Source: Balanoglossus misakiensis
Lineage: Eukaryota > Animalia > Hemichordata
Direction of reading: 5' to 3'
NCBI GenBank assembly: GCA_040954595.2
Contig: JBECUI020000024.1
Coordinates: 310,001 to 374,000 of the forward strand
DNA: 64,000 nt
Shown here: positions 1-10,867 of the stretch, piece after piece
How positions within the stretch are numbered: position 1 is the stretch's first letter
How the letters are laid out: every line of letters starts with the position of its first letter
Translations under genes and position numbers: made by a program
The notes under the pieces: generated by a model
The model's input: only the letters and a program-made list of their open reading frames with translations
Database searches by the model: none
What the model was told of the DNA's origin: nothing

Positions 1-352
1 AGATGCAATCTTATCATCCGTGTTTAGCAATGTAATACGGCGCCAATTTTTCATGTGAAATCTATTCTTGTTGGGTTTCGGGAAAGACCAGTATCTAAGC
101 TTTCTAAAAATATGAGGTTTATGTAATTTCATGGTAGTTTTATTTTTTTAGGAGAGAATATAGTACCCCCTACCCCAACCCATTTTTCGCGGCACATACC
201 ATTCAAAAACCACCCCGGAGGGGTAGTGCAACCCAAAATATTCAATGTTAACATCTTTTTTCTTGTTCAGCACGTTCTAAAGAACAAAAAATACCCAAGT
301 GGTAGGTTTATGGGGGGGGGGTGCCTGGTGGACCCCTTCAGCCCACGGACTA
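1..352. mobile_element. Possible terminus of a DNA transposon (Academ-like end), running off the left edge of the window
   Basis: Sequence unrelated to the macro-repeat stops abruptly at ...GCCCACGGACTA (reverse complement TAGTCCGTGGGC), where the macro-repeat begins. TAG-starting ends are recalled from Academ elements. The other end and any TSD are not visible. Confidence 0.3.
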
Positions 353-606
353 AGAGATATTGACGGAATTCAAGATAAAATAGCCATTTTGGCCATATTT
401 TGACAAAAATGGTAAATTTTTAAAAAATCATAAAAAATTAACTCTTTTCTTCATTTTCGGAAATATTATGGAGCATGAAGTGTCGTTCTCTTGTAAAAAG
501 TGCTGCAAATTCCAGAAAAGGCGGTATAATTTGAATCACCCAAGACAAAATTACCATTTTCGACTTTTTTTTCGAAAAATTGTCTTTTTTACAATATAAA
601 TAAGAA

Positions 607-1762
607 TTAAAGCTGCAAGCAGCGTTGGCGGGGCACAAGCGGTTCCCATGGTAAACAGCAAATGCCAAGGCTGTATCTGCTGTGGATACCAAGATATGGG
701 AAAGTAGGTCAAAGGTCACCTGAGGTCACCCCAAATTTGGGCAAAAAAATCGGAACCCATACTAGTCTAGGTCCAACAAAAACCAGACCCCTAGCTTTAT
801 TGGTTCGCCTAGAATTAGGTATGCGCATAATTAATGAGGTCTAGTGTAAGGCATAAAATTTTGACCCCAGAGTGGGCCATGTCCAACTAAAACCAGACCT
901 CTAGCCCTATTGGTTAGCCTGGAATTATATATGCAGAAAAATGATGTTTCAGAAATAGGTCAAGGGTCATTGCCAAAATTACCAAAATATTTGTGTCATG
1001 TCCTGGCAGCATTGGTACCCATGTCCACAAAATTCATGACTGTGGTGCTTTGACAAGAGGAGGTATGGGGAATATGCATATATAATTAGTTGTTTTAAAA
1101 CCGGGTCAAAGGTCATGTGAAAATTGCCCCGAAAAATTGTGACAACTTCCGGTCATATGATGACTCATATCCGAAAAAAGAATTTTTATGCTGTCAACAT
1201 TTTGGCTACAAAACGGAATTTTCATTTTTCAATGGTTTTCCGAAAATCCAACATGGCCGCCATAATGATCGACCAATCACAGTGCGCTTCGCAAACTTGA
1301 TAGACATAGGTTAGGTGACCACATACCCCGAATCCCGTGACTCGGCAATCGCTGGTTCTGGAGTAGAAGATTTTTAAAGTTTTAAGTAGTGATTCAGAAA
1401 AACAATTGTAGCAAAAAAACTTTGTGTGACGTCATGATTTCAATGGGCTAAAATGATGGACAGAAGGTAGGCTACCTGCACACCAAATTTGAACTCGATC
1501 AGCCCAGTGGTTTTTGAGAAGGACTCGTTTAACGATTTTCAGGAAATCCAATATGGCCGCCAGGTCACGTGACTAATTAAATATTCACGAGCCACTGCAC
1601 GTCTACCCATTGGCCCCTACCACCCTACCAAGTTTCAGCCCCCTAGGTGCTGCAGTTTTCCAGATGTACAATGACATATTTCTCGGAAGAAGAATAATAA
1701 TAAAGAAGAAATATTCCAACAATACCAATAGGGGCACAAGCCCGATAGGCTTGTGCCCCTAA
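607..1762 (-). mobile_element. Non-autonomous Helentron/Helitron2-type element (HINE)
   Basis: Absent from the other macro-repeat units (empty site ATAAGAA|TAAATTCT, an AA/TT target with no TSD). On the minus strand the 5' end is TTAGGGGCACAAGC-CTATCGG-GCTTGTGCCCCTA (subTIR plus adjacent inverted copy). The 3' end is GCTTGTGCCCC followed by the hairpin GCTGC-TT-GCAGC. This is the diagnostic HINE/DINE-1 layout. Confidence 0.85.
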
Positions 1763-1829
1763 TAAATTCTTTTCTTAGTTTCAAACGGGTAGAGATACTT
1801 TCCACACGGGTTTTCTAACATTGAATTCC

Positions 1830-2930
1830 CGTTCATCAACTCAGATTTCCTACAGCATAAGTCGGCTAAAACCCTGACACTCTAGAGCAGAAACAGTTGC
1901 ACACTGGTAACGTTGAACAAGTCGATTTTTCTACGGCCTGGCTCGGCTAAATCTCCGTCACAATATGACAGACACTAGCGTAGGTTAGCAACGTTGATCA
2001 AGTCAGATTTTCTACGGCATGGCTTGGATAAAGCCCCGGCACTCTAGAGCAGAAACACGCGTACAGAGACCACGTTGATCAAGTCTGATCTCCTACGGCT
2101 TGGCTCGACTAAAACCCCGGCACACTATGACAGACACTAGCGTTCCGTAGCAACGTTGATCAAGTCAGATTTCCTACGGCATGGCTTGGCTAAAGCCCTG
2201 GCATTCTAGAGCAGAAACACGCGTACAGAGACCACGTTGATCTACTCACATTTCCTTCGGCCTGGCACGGCTGATGCCCCCGCACTATATATAGGACACA
2301 GACTGGCGTAAGTTAACAACTGTAATCACGTCGGGTTTCCTACGGCCTGGCTCAGCTGAAGCCCCGGCACTCTAGAGCAGAAACAGGCGTACACTGACCA
2401 CGTTGATCAAGTCAGATTTCCTACGGCGTGACTCGGCTGGTGCACCGGCTCAGGCGTACATTGACCACGTTGATCAAGGCTGATCTCCTACGGCTTGGCT
2501 CGACTAAAACCCCGGCACACTATGACAGACACTAGCGTTCGTTAGCAACGTTGATCAAGTCAGATTTCCTACGGCATGGCTTGGCTGAAGCCCTGGCACT
2601 CTAGAGCAGAAACACGCGTACAGAGACCACGTTGATCAAGTCAGATTTCCTACGGCGTGAGTCGGCTGGTGCACCGGCTCTATATGACACAGACTGGCGT
2701 AAGTTATCAACGGTGATTACGTCGGATTTCCTACGGCCTGGTTTAGCTGAAGCCCCGGCACTTTCGAGCGGAAACACGCGTACATTGACCACGATGATCA
2801 AGTCAGATCTCCTATGGCCTGGCTCGACTAAAACCCCGGCACACCATGACAGACACTAGCGTTCGTTAGCAACGGTGATCAAGTCGGATTTCCTTCGGCC
2901 TGGCTATGCAAAAGACCCGACACTCTAGTA
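1830..2930 (+). repeat. ~80-bp subrepeat block in macro-repeat unit 1 (about 14 copies)
   Basis: The core ACGTTGATCAAGTCAGATTTCCTACGGC recurs about every 80-81 bp, with three alternating linker variants. Confidence 0.85.
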
Positions 2931-3985
2931 CAAAGACGTTGGCTAAGTCGGGCAAACTAAGAGGGAAAGTCACAGCGGTTCAACACTTGACATTTGTTCG
3001 GGTAGGACTGCATTATTTCCTGTCAATTTATCGAGAAAGCCCGAATTTAACCAGGGCGTTTCAAACACCGACGTTAGTTGGGGGCACGGCCTGCAGTACT
3101 GCCGGGTAAGCTGACATCGGCGTACCGCATATAATGTAGGGGGGGAACAGAACGGTTCAATACTACATTTATTAGATATCAGCTAATTTTGGACAATCAT
3201 CTAAAATCTAAATCATTTTTTCATATTTGGATATCTGATGATGTATGAAATTTCCATTATATGTAAAAATGGTGCTGATTATAAAAAATGCACTCTGAAT
3301 GAGCTGATTTAATACAAAATTGCGTTTTTTTCGTTTTTGCACCAAAAAGGTCATTTTTAGGCATAACATTCTTTATTTTTTTAATTCGGTGACCTGATCA
3401 TATATAAACAATTGCTTGTATGTTAAAAGTTTTATGACTTTTAAAAGCAGTGACACTGGCGGCATTCAACACGAAAATAACAATTTTAGCCACAATTTGG
3501 TCAAAATGGTAATTTTTTGAAAATTACAAAAAATACCTGTTTTCTACATTTTCGGAAATCTGATGGAGTATAGAATGCTCTTCGTATGTATATATCGATA
3601 CAAATTCCACAAAAGACCGTCTAATTTGGCTCACTGTAGACAAAATGGCGTTTTACCAAATTTTCCTTGAAAATGTCTCATTTTTAGAAAAAACAAATAA
3701 AAAAACCTTTGTTCTTCGAATTTGGTGCCCTGATCATATATGACATGTTGATTGTATGTTAAAACTTTCGACCACTCCAAAAATGCAGAGATATTGACGG
3801 AATTCAAGAAAAAATAGCCATTTTGGCCATATTTTGACAAAAATGGTAATTTTTTAAAAAATCATAAAAAATTAACTCTTTTCTTCATTTTCGGAAATAT
3901 TATGGAGCATGAAGTGTCGTTCTCATGTAATAAGTGCTGCAAATTCCAGAAAAGGCGGTATAATTTAAATCACCCAAGACAAAAT

Positions 3986-4107
3986 GTGTACTTTCTTGAG
4001 GCACGTAGTAGATACAAGAAAGTAATGTTTTGTTGCCATAGAGGGCGCTATCACTAGCGGAACGTCAGTCTACACGTTGCTGGCAAGGTGACTACACGGC
4101 TAATTTT
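3986..4107 (+). repeat. Split direct repeat A1 (122 bp; A2 copy at 8374-8495)
   Basis: GTGTACTTTCTTGAGG...CGGCTAATTTT occurs twice and is identical by eye. It contains the inverted pair TACTTTCTTG/CAAGAAAGTA. Confidence 0.92.
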
Positions 4108-4156
4108 CGCGCTTCGTGTTCGGTCACTTATTTCGGCGATCTTGGTTCCCATCAAC

Positions 4157-4891
4157 ATGGAAGACCAGTCTTCAACCATTTCTGAAGCCATCCAGGCTAA
4201 CAACGGGCAGTTGCTGACTTCTATTAATCAGCTTATCACTCAGAAATTACAAGTTATGAAAAACGAGCTCAGCACCGCGCAAGAAGGAACCGCGCGCGAG
4301 GTCATGGGCGAGTTCAAACGTCTGAAACACAAAGAAGCCCCGACCTTCAAAAAGCAGGCTAATGCGGACCAATATAAGCACAACGACAAGGTGTTGGACA
4401 TCATCGAGGAGACCAAAACGGAGTTGGAAGCTAAAAGATACGAAGGAGCACTAAAGAAGATTGATGAAGGTATTAATGAGATAGGACAGAGACAAAAATT
4501 GATTCTGCTGGCGGAAAATTCAGAATTTGGATGGGCAACAGCGCAGGAATATCGCTCGCATGAGTTGGCTGAGGACAGCGACGATGAGAAGCGTATTTGG
4601 AAAGCTGAGCTGAGAGCAGGCCGTCGTTCCAAAGAGCAGCGCCAAAAGAAACAGAAGTTCAGAGGTCGCGAGCGACAGGGGCAATACACAGACAACGCCG
4701 CCGTTGGTACCCAAGGGCCGTTCTTCAGAGATAGGGATGCGAAGAGAGTACGTAGCGGTCTATGCTTTGCTTGTGGAAAGCCCGGACATTTCAGACATGA
4801 ATGCCGTTCCGTGGGACATTCTAACAGTACTGGGGTACTACAAGGAGTTTTGGCGGGAACCAGCAGCGGCTCAGGAAATGGTCCGATGTGA
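4157..4891 (+). CDS. gag: Gag-like protein of the DIRS/PAT element
   Basis: ATG at 4157, coiled-coil-like N-terminal half, and a CCHC zinc knuckle CFACGKPGHFRHEC. Confidence 0.85.
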   Translation: MEDQSSTISEAIQANNGQLLTSINQLITQKLQVMKNELSTAQEGTAREVMGEFKRLKHKEAPTFKKQANADQYKHNDKVLDIIEETKTELEAKRYEGALKKIDEGINEIGQRQKLILLAENSEFGWATAQEYRSHELAEDSDDEKRIWKAELRAGRRSKEQRQKKQKFRGRERQGQYTDNAAVGTQGPFFRDRDAKRVRSGLCFACGKPGHFRHECRSVGHSNSTGVLQGVLAGTSSGSGNGPM

Positions 4892-4987
4892 CCATTACAA
4901 GGACGACATGACACCCAGGCTGAAAAGTTAAGTATTGGCCAAAATATCAATGTTCCCTGCAATATTTCGGGCTGTAATTGCTCTTTA

Positions 4988-7072
4988 TTGTCATGGGAGG
5001 GAGATTTCTCTGATGCAATTGGGTTTACAAAAGAAGCCTCTATTTTAGGGGAGAGTTTTATTTGTCGTCCTCACGACGACGTCATCGTTAGGGGAGGCTT
5101 GAAGCGTCATCTTGCAAAATGGCGGGAAATTAACGCGCCAAATTGGATTTTGGAGCTTATTGAATATGGTTACAAGTTACCTCTATTTTCATCGCCTCCT
5201 TCATCATTCGCATCAAATAATCGCTCGGCTTGTTCTAATAGTGTTTTTGTTTCTTCGGAAATCGGCAAGCTTTTGCATTCAGGGGCCATAGAGGAGGTCA
5301 ATGAGGTTCCATTTGTGTGCAATCCTCTTTCAGTGGCACTAAATCATGACGGAAAGGAGCGTTTGATTTTAGATTTACGTAAGGTTAATTTGCACATCTT
5401 CAAGCAAAGTTTTCGCTGTGAAGATTTGAGTATTGCAAAAGAGTTTTTGGAACTAGGGAGTTTCATGTTTAAGTTTGACCTAAAGTCAGGTTATCACCAT
5501 GTTGAAATTTTTCCAGCTCATCGCAAATTTCTGGGGTTTTCCTGGGTTTTCAACGGGACAAGAAGGTATTTTATTTTCTGTGTTCTCCCATTTGGGCTGT
5601 CTTCAGGACCATATGTTTTTACTAAGTTACTACGCCCTCTAGTAGCAAAATGGAGAGGGGAAGGTAAGGCAGTAGTTGTTTACCTAGATGACGGGCTTGG
5701 TGCTGGGAGTTCTTTGCAATCTGCCACAGTTGCATCACATGAGGTGGAACATGACTTGGTAGCATTTGGACTTGCAATTAACCAAGGTAAGAGTGTTTGG
5801 GAGCCTGTGCAAAAGCTGGAATGGCTAGGTGTAGAGATTGACCTGGAACAAGGTAAGTTTTTCATACCCATTCGTCGTCTGCAAAGATTGCATGGTTTAC
5901 TGGCCGATTTGCTGTCTAACTGTAGTTCATCAAAAAGCTTCACTCCAGTCCACGCCAGGAAATTGGCCCAGGTAATTGGCCATGTCATTTCCACGAGAAT
6001 TGGCATTGGCAATGTTGTCTTAATGATGACCAGGCATTTAATTTTTGCATTGAATACACGTTCATCGTGGGGTAGTAGAGTAATATTAGGCATGGAAGCG
6101 ATTCAGGAATTGCGGTTTTGGCATGACAACATACCAAATTTAAACGGGGTAGCCATGAGGTTTACATCCAAAGTCACAAGAGTGGTGTACTCAGACGCTT
6201 CTAGCACAGGATACGGTGGCTATGTAGTAGAGTATGGGGATTGTGTTGCACAGGGCAACTGGTCACAGTTCGAAGCAGGTAAGAGCTCTACATGGCGTGA
6301 ACTTGAAGCAGTTCATAGAATTCTTGTCAGTATTACGCACATCATCCAGGGCCACACAGTAAAGTGGTTCACTGATAACCAAAATGTGGTGAGCATTATC
6401 GCAAAAGGCAGCATGAAGCCAGAGTTACAAAAAATAGCACTTCAGATCTACGCTTTTTGTGTAAGCAACGCAGTTTCTCTGCTACCAGAGTGGATTCCCA
6501 GATCACTGAACGAGAAAGCTGATTTTATCAGTAAAGTGGTTGACACAGATGACTGGGGGATTAGTCCAGACATTTTTAACCATCTGAACTGTCTGTGGGG
6601 TCCATTTACAGTGGACAGATTTGCTTGTTCGTATAACACAAAATGTTTACGATTTAACTCAAGGTATTGGTGTCCAAATACCGAAGCAGTTGATGCTTTT
6701 ACCCAGTTGTGGGGATCTGATAATAACTGGTTATTACCACCAGTGTGCTTGATTGGTAAGGCAATGAGGTATCTGAAAGAGTGCAAGGGCAAGGGAACGA
6801 TGGTGGTCCCTGTGTGGAGATCTGCCTATTATTGGCCAGCAGTGTGCCCAGATGGCCTGCACTTCAATGATGGTGTTCACGATTGGCTAGATTTGCCAAA
6901 TGGGGAGAATGTTTTTCACAAGGGCAGGGGGAGAAACTCAGTCTTTGGAGGTAAAGCTCTGAGATTTAGAATCCTAGCACTAAGACTAGACTATACGACA
7001 AAAAACAGAGTACGTAAAGCAGGGTTTTGCACTGCAGCGGCCGGTGGATGCAAATTATGCAGCAATTCATAG
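4988..7072 (+). CDS. pol: Reverse transcriptase - RNase H - DNA N6-adenine methyltransferase-like polyprotein (start uncertain; frame open from 4892)
   Basis: RT motifs RLILDLR, FDLKSGYHH, LPFGL and YLDD; RNase H motifs YSDAS, ELEA, FTDNQ and NEKAD; MT-like motifs VDRFA, VDAF and WLLPP. Confidence 0.93.
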   Translation: MSWEGDFSDAIGFTKEASILGESFICRPHDDVIVRGGLKRHLAKWREINAPNWILELIEYGYKLPLFSSPPSSFASNNRSACSNSVFVSSEIGKLLHSGAIEEVNEVPFVCNPLSVALNHDGKERLILDLRKVNLHIFKQSFRCEDLSIAKEFLELGSFMFKFDLKSGYHHVEIFPAHRKFLGFSWVFNGTRRYFIFCVLPFGLSSGPYVFTKLLRPLVAKWRGEGKAVVVYLDDGLGAGSSLQSATVASHEVEHDLVAFGLAINQGKSVWEPVQKLEWLGVEIDLEQGKFFIPIRRLQRLHGLLADLLSNCSSSKSFTPVHARKLAQVIGHVISTRIGIGNVVLMMTRHLIFALNTRSSWGSRVILGMEAIQELRFWHDNIPNLNGVAMRFTSKVTRVVYSDASSTGYGGYVVEYGDCVAQGNWSQFEAGKSSTWRELEAVHRILVSITHIIQGHTVKWFTDNQNVVSIIAKGSMKPELQKIALQIYAFCVSNAVSLLPEWIPRSLNEKADFISKVVDTDDWGISPDIFNHLNCLWGPFTVDRFACSYNTKCLRFNSRYWCPNTEAVDAFTQLWGSDNNWLLPPVCLIGKAMRYLKECKGKGTMVVPVWRSAYYWPAVCPDGLHFNDGVHDWLDLPNGENVFHKGRGRNSVFGGKALRFRILALRLDYTTKNRVRKAGFCTAAAGGCKLCSNS

Positions 7073-7183
7073 GCTGGCTGGCCGTTATGGCGGACTCTAG
7101 TATTAGACAAATGTTCTAATCATTGTAGTCCAAGCACGTTATGTGCACATGGAACACTAGCATTAGCTATGTAATGACATTTA

Positions 7184-8233
7184 ATGCACTTTTTGTTTAT
7201 TACAGACACTGAGGTATTCAGCACTGGAATATGGAAAGAAATTGACAGCCTAGCACGTGATAGTCCGGAGATCAGTAGATTGGCTATGGCACTGCCAGTT
7301 TTCGCTATGGCTTCCAAAGCTGATTCAACAACCAGAGTTTACGCAGCAGCTTTTCACCGTTGGGCAACTTTTGCCAAGAGTTTTAGCTTTCCTGTTTTTC
7401 CTGCACAGGTTGCGCATGTTTCCCTTTATTTTTCAAATTTAATTCAGTGTGGCTTGGATAAGGGGGCAACTAAGCAATCTGTTGAAGTTGCACATTACGG
7501 TATTCGTTGGGCCCACAATTTGGCAGGGTTACCATCCCCAACAGAGAATCCTTTTGTGCAAAATTTGGTGGCTTCAGCCTGTCGCCTCCTGGGAAAACCG
7601 GTGCAAAAGAAACGACCAGTTACGAGTAATATTTTACAAGACATTACTTCACTGTTTAAGGACTCACGTTTGTTAAAAGATGTTAGAGACGTTTGTTTGA
7701 TCCTGCTAGCATACGCAGGATTTTTTAGATATAGCAATGTTGTCAATATTAAGTTTAAGGATATTTACATTTGTTCTTCCCATGTTGTCATTTGGGTTAG
7801 CCAAAGCAAAACAGATCAGTGTAAACAGGGCAACTCAGTTCATGTAGCTAGAACTGGGGGTCCAGCGTGTCCAGTTGCTAAGCTGGAGCAGTATCTATCC
7901 CTTTTAGGGCCTGTGACAAATCAGGATGCATTCATTTTTAGACCACTTTTTTCATCCGGTGGCAAATGTAGTTTGGTCCACCTAAATAAGAAGTTAAGCT
8001 ATACCCGTGTAAGGGAGATTGTTAGAGAGAAGTTGGGGGCTGTTGTTCCAGACGTTTCGTGTTTTGGGACACATTCTTTTAGGATTGGGGGAACAACTGC
8101 AGCAGCTCACGCTGGAGTCAGTGACCGAGAGCTTAAGAAACATGGTAGGTGGAAATCTGATGCTGCAAAGGATGGGTATATTCAAGACGACGTGGATAGC
8201 TTACTTAAGGTATCAAGGAGTCTGGGTATTTAA
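7184..8233 (+). CDS. Tyrosine recombinase (phage-integrase family) of the DIRS element
   Basis: Catalytic motifs GFFRYS (R), SKTDQ (K), HSFRIGG (HxxR), HGRW and DGY (Y). Confidence 0.92.
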   Translation: MHFLFITDTEVFSTGIWKEIDSLARDSPEISRLAMALPVFAMASKADSTTRVYAAAFHRWATFAKSFSFPVFPAQVAHVSLYFSNLIQCGLDKGATKQSVEVAHYGIRWAHNLAGLPSPTENPFVQNLVASACRLLGKPVQKKRPVTSNILQDITSLFKDSRLLKDVRDVCLILLAYAGFFRYSNVVNIKFKDIYICSSHVVIWVSQSKTDQCKQGNSVHVARTGGPACPVAKLEQYLSLLGPVTNQDAFIFRPLFSSGGKCSLVHLNKKLSYTRVREIVREKLGAVVPDVSCFGTHSFRIGGTTAAAHAGVSDRELKKHGRWKSDAAKDGYIQDDVDSLLKVSRSLGI

Positions 8234-8266
8234 AGCCGTTTCTTCTCTAATTCCCCTTCTGTTTTT

Positions 8267-8373
8267 GGTCTATGGAGGGTAATAAATGTGGACGGCTAGC
8301 AACGTGACCACACACTGTACATATTGTTGTGTCGTGTTTTACTGTGGATAGTGCTAGTGAGTGTAAACAAAAC
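8267..8373 (+). repeat. Split direct repeat B1 (107 bp; B2 copy at 8747-8853)
   Basis: GGTCTATGGAGGG...GTGTAAACAAAAC occurs twice with one visible mismatch (GTGTCGTG vs GTGCCGTG). Confidence 0.92.
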
Positions 8374-8977
8374 GTGTACTTTCTTGAGGCACGTAGTAGA
8401 TACAAGAAAGTAATGTTTTGTTGCCATAGAGGGCGCTATCACTAGCGGAACGTCAGTCTACACGTTGCTGGCAAGGTGACTACACGGCTAATTTTTTCTT
8501 TAGAGTTGTATTATTCTATTGTTCTTAGTGGAGAGTCAGTGTGTCTGAACATCTAACGCTTTTCCAGAGTTTTTGGCCTATTAAATAGATAGGTTTTCTC
8601 TCTGGTTTTTAGTGCGAGATGTATTCAGCACTTGTTTTCGCATTGTACTTTTGTAAAGGTTTTTACTAGCAATTACATGGTACTCTGGCTTTTTCTCTTT
8701 CACGAGTAGTAATTAACTTTCTTGTATTAAACTCAAGACTTATGTAGGTCTATGGAGGGTAATAAATGTGGACGGCTAGCAACGTGACCACACACTGTAC
8801 ATATTGTTGTGCCGTGTTTTACTGTGGATAGTGCTAGTGAGTGTAAACAAAACTACCATTTTCGACTTTTTTTCGAAAAATTGTCTTTTTTACAAAATAA
8901 ATAAGAATAAATTCTTTTCTTAGTTTCAAACGGGTAGAGATACTTTCCACACGGGTTTTCTAACATTGAATTCCCGT

Positions 8978-9680
8978 TCATCAACTCAGATTTCCTACAG
9001 CATAAGTCGGCTAAAACCCTGACACTCTAGAGCAGAAACAGTTGCACACTGGTAACGTTGAACAAGTCGATTTTTCTACTGCCTGGCTCGGCTAAATCTC
9101 CGTCACAATATGACAGACACTAGCGTACGTTAGCAACGGTGATCAAGTCAGATTTTCTACGGCATGGCTTGGATAAAGCCCCGGCACTCCAGAGCAGAAA
9201 CACGCGTACAGAGACCACGTTGATCAAGTCTGATCTCCTAAGGCTTGGCTCGACTAAAACCCAGGCACACTATGACAGACACTAGCGTTCGTTAGCAACG
9301 TTGATCAAGTCAGATTTCCTACGGCATGGCTTGGCTAAAGCCCTGGCACTCTAGAGCAGAAACACGCGTACAGAGACCACGTTGATCTACTCACATTTCC
9401 TTCGGCCTGGCACGGCTGATGCCCCGGCACTATATATAGGACACAGACTGGCGTAAGTTAACAACGGTAATCACGTCGGGTTTCCTACGGCCTGGCTCAG
9501 CTGAAGCCCCGGCACTCTAGAGCAGAAACATGCGTACATTGACCACGTTGATCAAGTCAGATTTCCTACGGCGTGACTCGGCTAAAACCCCGGCACACCA
9601 TGACAGACACTAGCGTTCGTTAGCAACGGTGATCAAGTCGGATTTCCTTCGGCCTGGCTCTGCAAAAGACCCGACACTCC
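8978..9680 (+). repeat. ~80-bp subrepeat block in unit 2 (about 9 copies)
   Basis: Same core as 1830-2930, with fewer copies. Confidence 0.82.
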
Positions 9681-10867
9681 GGTACAAAGACGTTGGCTAA
9701 GTCGGGCAAACCGAAGAGGGAAAGTCACAGCGGGTCAACACTCGACATTTGTTCGGGTAGGACTGCATTATTGCCTGTCAATTTATAGAGAGAGCCCGAA
9801 TTTAACCAGGGCGTTTCAGACACCGACGTTAGTTGGGGCACGGCCTGCAGTACTGCCGGGTAAGCTGACATCGGCGTACCGCATATAATGTAGGGGGGGG
9901 GGACAGAACGGTTCAATACTACATTTATTAGATATCAGCTAATTTTGGACAATCATCTAAAATCTAAATAATTTTTTCATATTTGGATATCTGATGATGT
10001 ATGAAATTTCCATTATATGTAAACATGGTGCTGATTATAAAAAATGCACTCTGAATGAGCTGATTTAATACAAAATTGCGTTTTATTCGTTTTTGCACCA
10101 AAAAGGTCATTTTTAGGCAAAACATTCTTTATTTTATTAATTCGGTGACCTGATCATATATAAACAATTGCTTGTATGTTAAAAGTTTTTATGGCTTTTA
10201 AAAGCAGTGACACTGGCGGCATTCAACACGAAAATAACAATTTTAGCCACAATTTGGACAAAATGGTAAATTTTTGAAAATTACAAAAATACCTGTTTTC
10301 TACATTCTCGGAAATCTGATGGAGTATAGAATGCTCTTCGTATGTATATATCGATACAAATTCCACAAAAGACCGTCTAATTTGGCTCACTGCAGACAAA
10401 ATTGCGTTTTACCAAATTTTCCTTGAAAATGTCATTTTTAGAAAAAAAAATAAAAAAAACCTTTGTTCTTCGAATTTGGTGCCCTGATCATATATGACAT
10501 GTTGATTGTATGTTAAAACTTTCGACCACTCCAAAAATGCAAAGATATTGACGGAATTCAAGTAAAAATAGCCATTTTGGCCATATTTTGACAAAAATGC
10601 TAAATTTTTGAAAAATCCTAAAAAATTAACTCTTTTCTTCATTTTCGGAAATGTTATGGAGCATGAAGTGTCGTTCTCTTGTAAAAAGTGCTGCAAATTC
10701 CAGAAAAGGCGGTATAATTTGAATCACCCAAGAAAAAATTACCATTTTCGACTTTTTTTCTCTCGAAAAATTGTCTTTTTTACAAAATAAATAAGAATAA
10801 ATTCTTTTCTTAGTTTCAAACGGGTAGAGATACTTTCCACACGGGTTTTCTAACATTGAATTCCCGT

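Larger units (their letters stand above)
3986..8853 (+). mobile_element. Full-length DIRS-order tyrosine-recombinase retrotransposon with split direct repeats (PAT-like)
   Basis: Layout is A1(3986-4107), gag, RT/RNaseH/MT, YR, B1(8267-8373), A2(8374-8495), spacer, B2(8747-8853). Removing it restores the macro-repeat (CCCAAGACAAAAT|TACCATTTTCG). No TSD. Split direct repeats plus a methyltransferase-like domain fit the PAT group rather than Ngaro. Confidence 0.93.

Noticed and set aside
2601-2859. ORFs with 27-aa periodicity
   Set aside because: They derive from 81-bp subrepeats, and neighbouring units contain stops and frame changes.
1830-2930. CRISPR-like look of a conserved core with variable linkers
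   Set aside because: The linkers are three recurring homologous variants rather than unique spacers, no cas genes are present, and the context is eukaryotic.
3215-3260. Hammerhead ribozyme core (CTGATGA...GAAA) in each macro-repeat unit
   Set aside because: Helix II and helix III cannot be formed with a valid NUH site, and the motif is a variant of the AT-rich subrepeat.
4240-4962. 240-aa minus-strand ORF and other antisense ORFs over the DIRS and Gypsy genes
   Set aside because: These are shadow ORFs of real coding strands, with no motifs.
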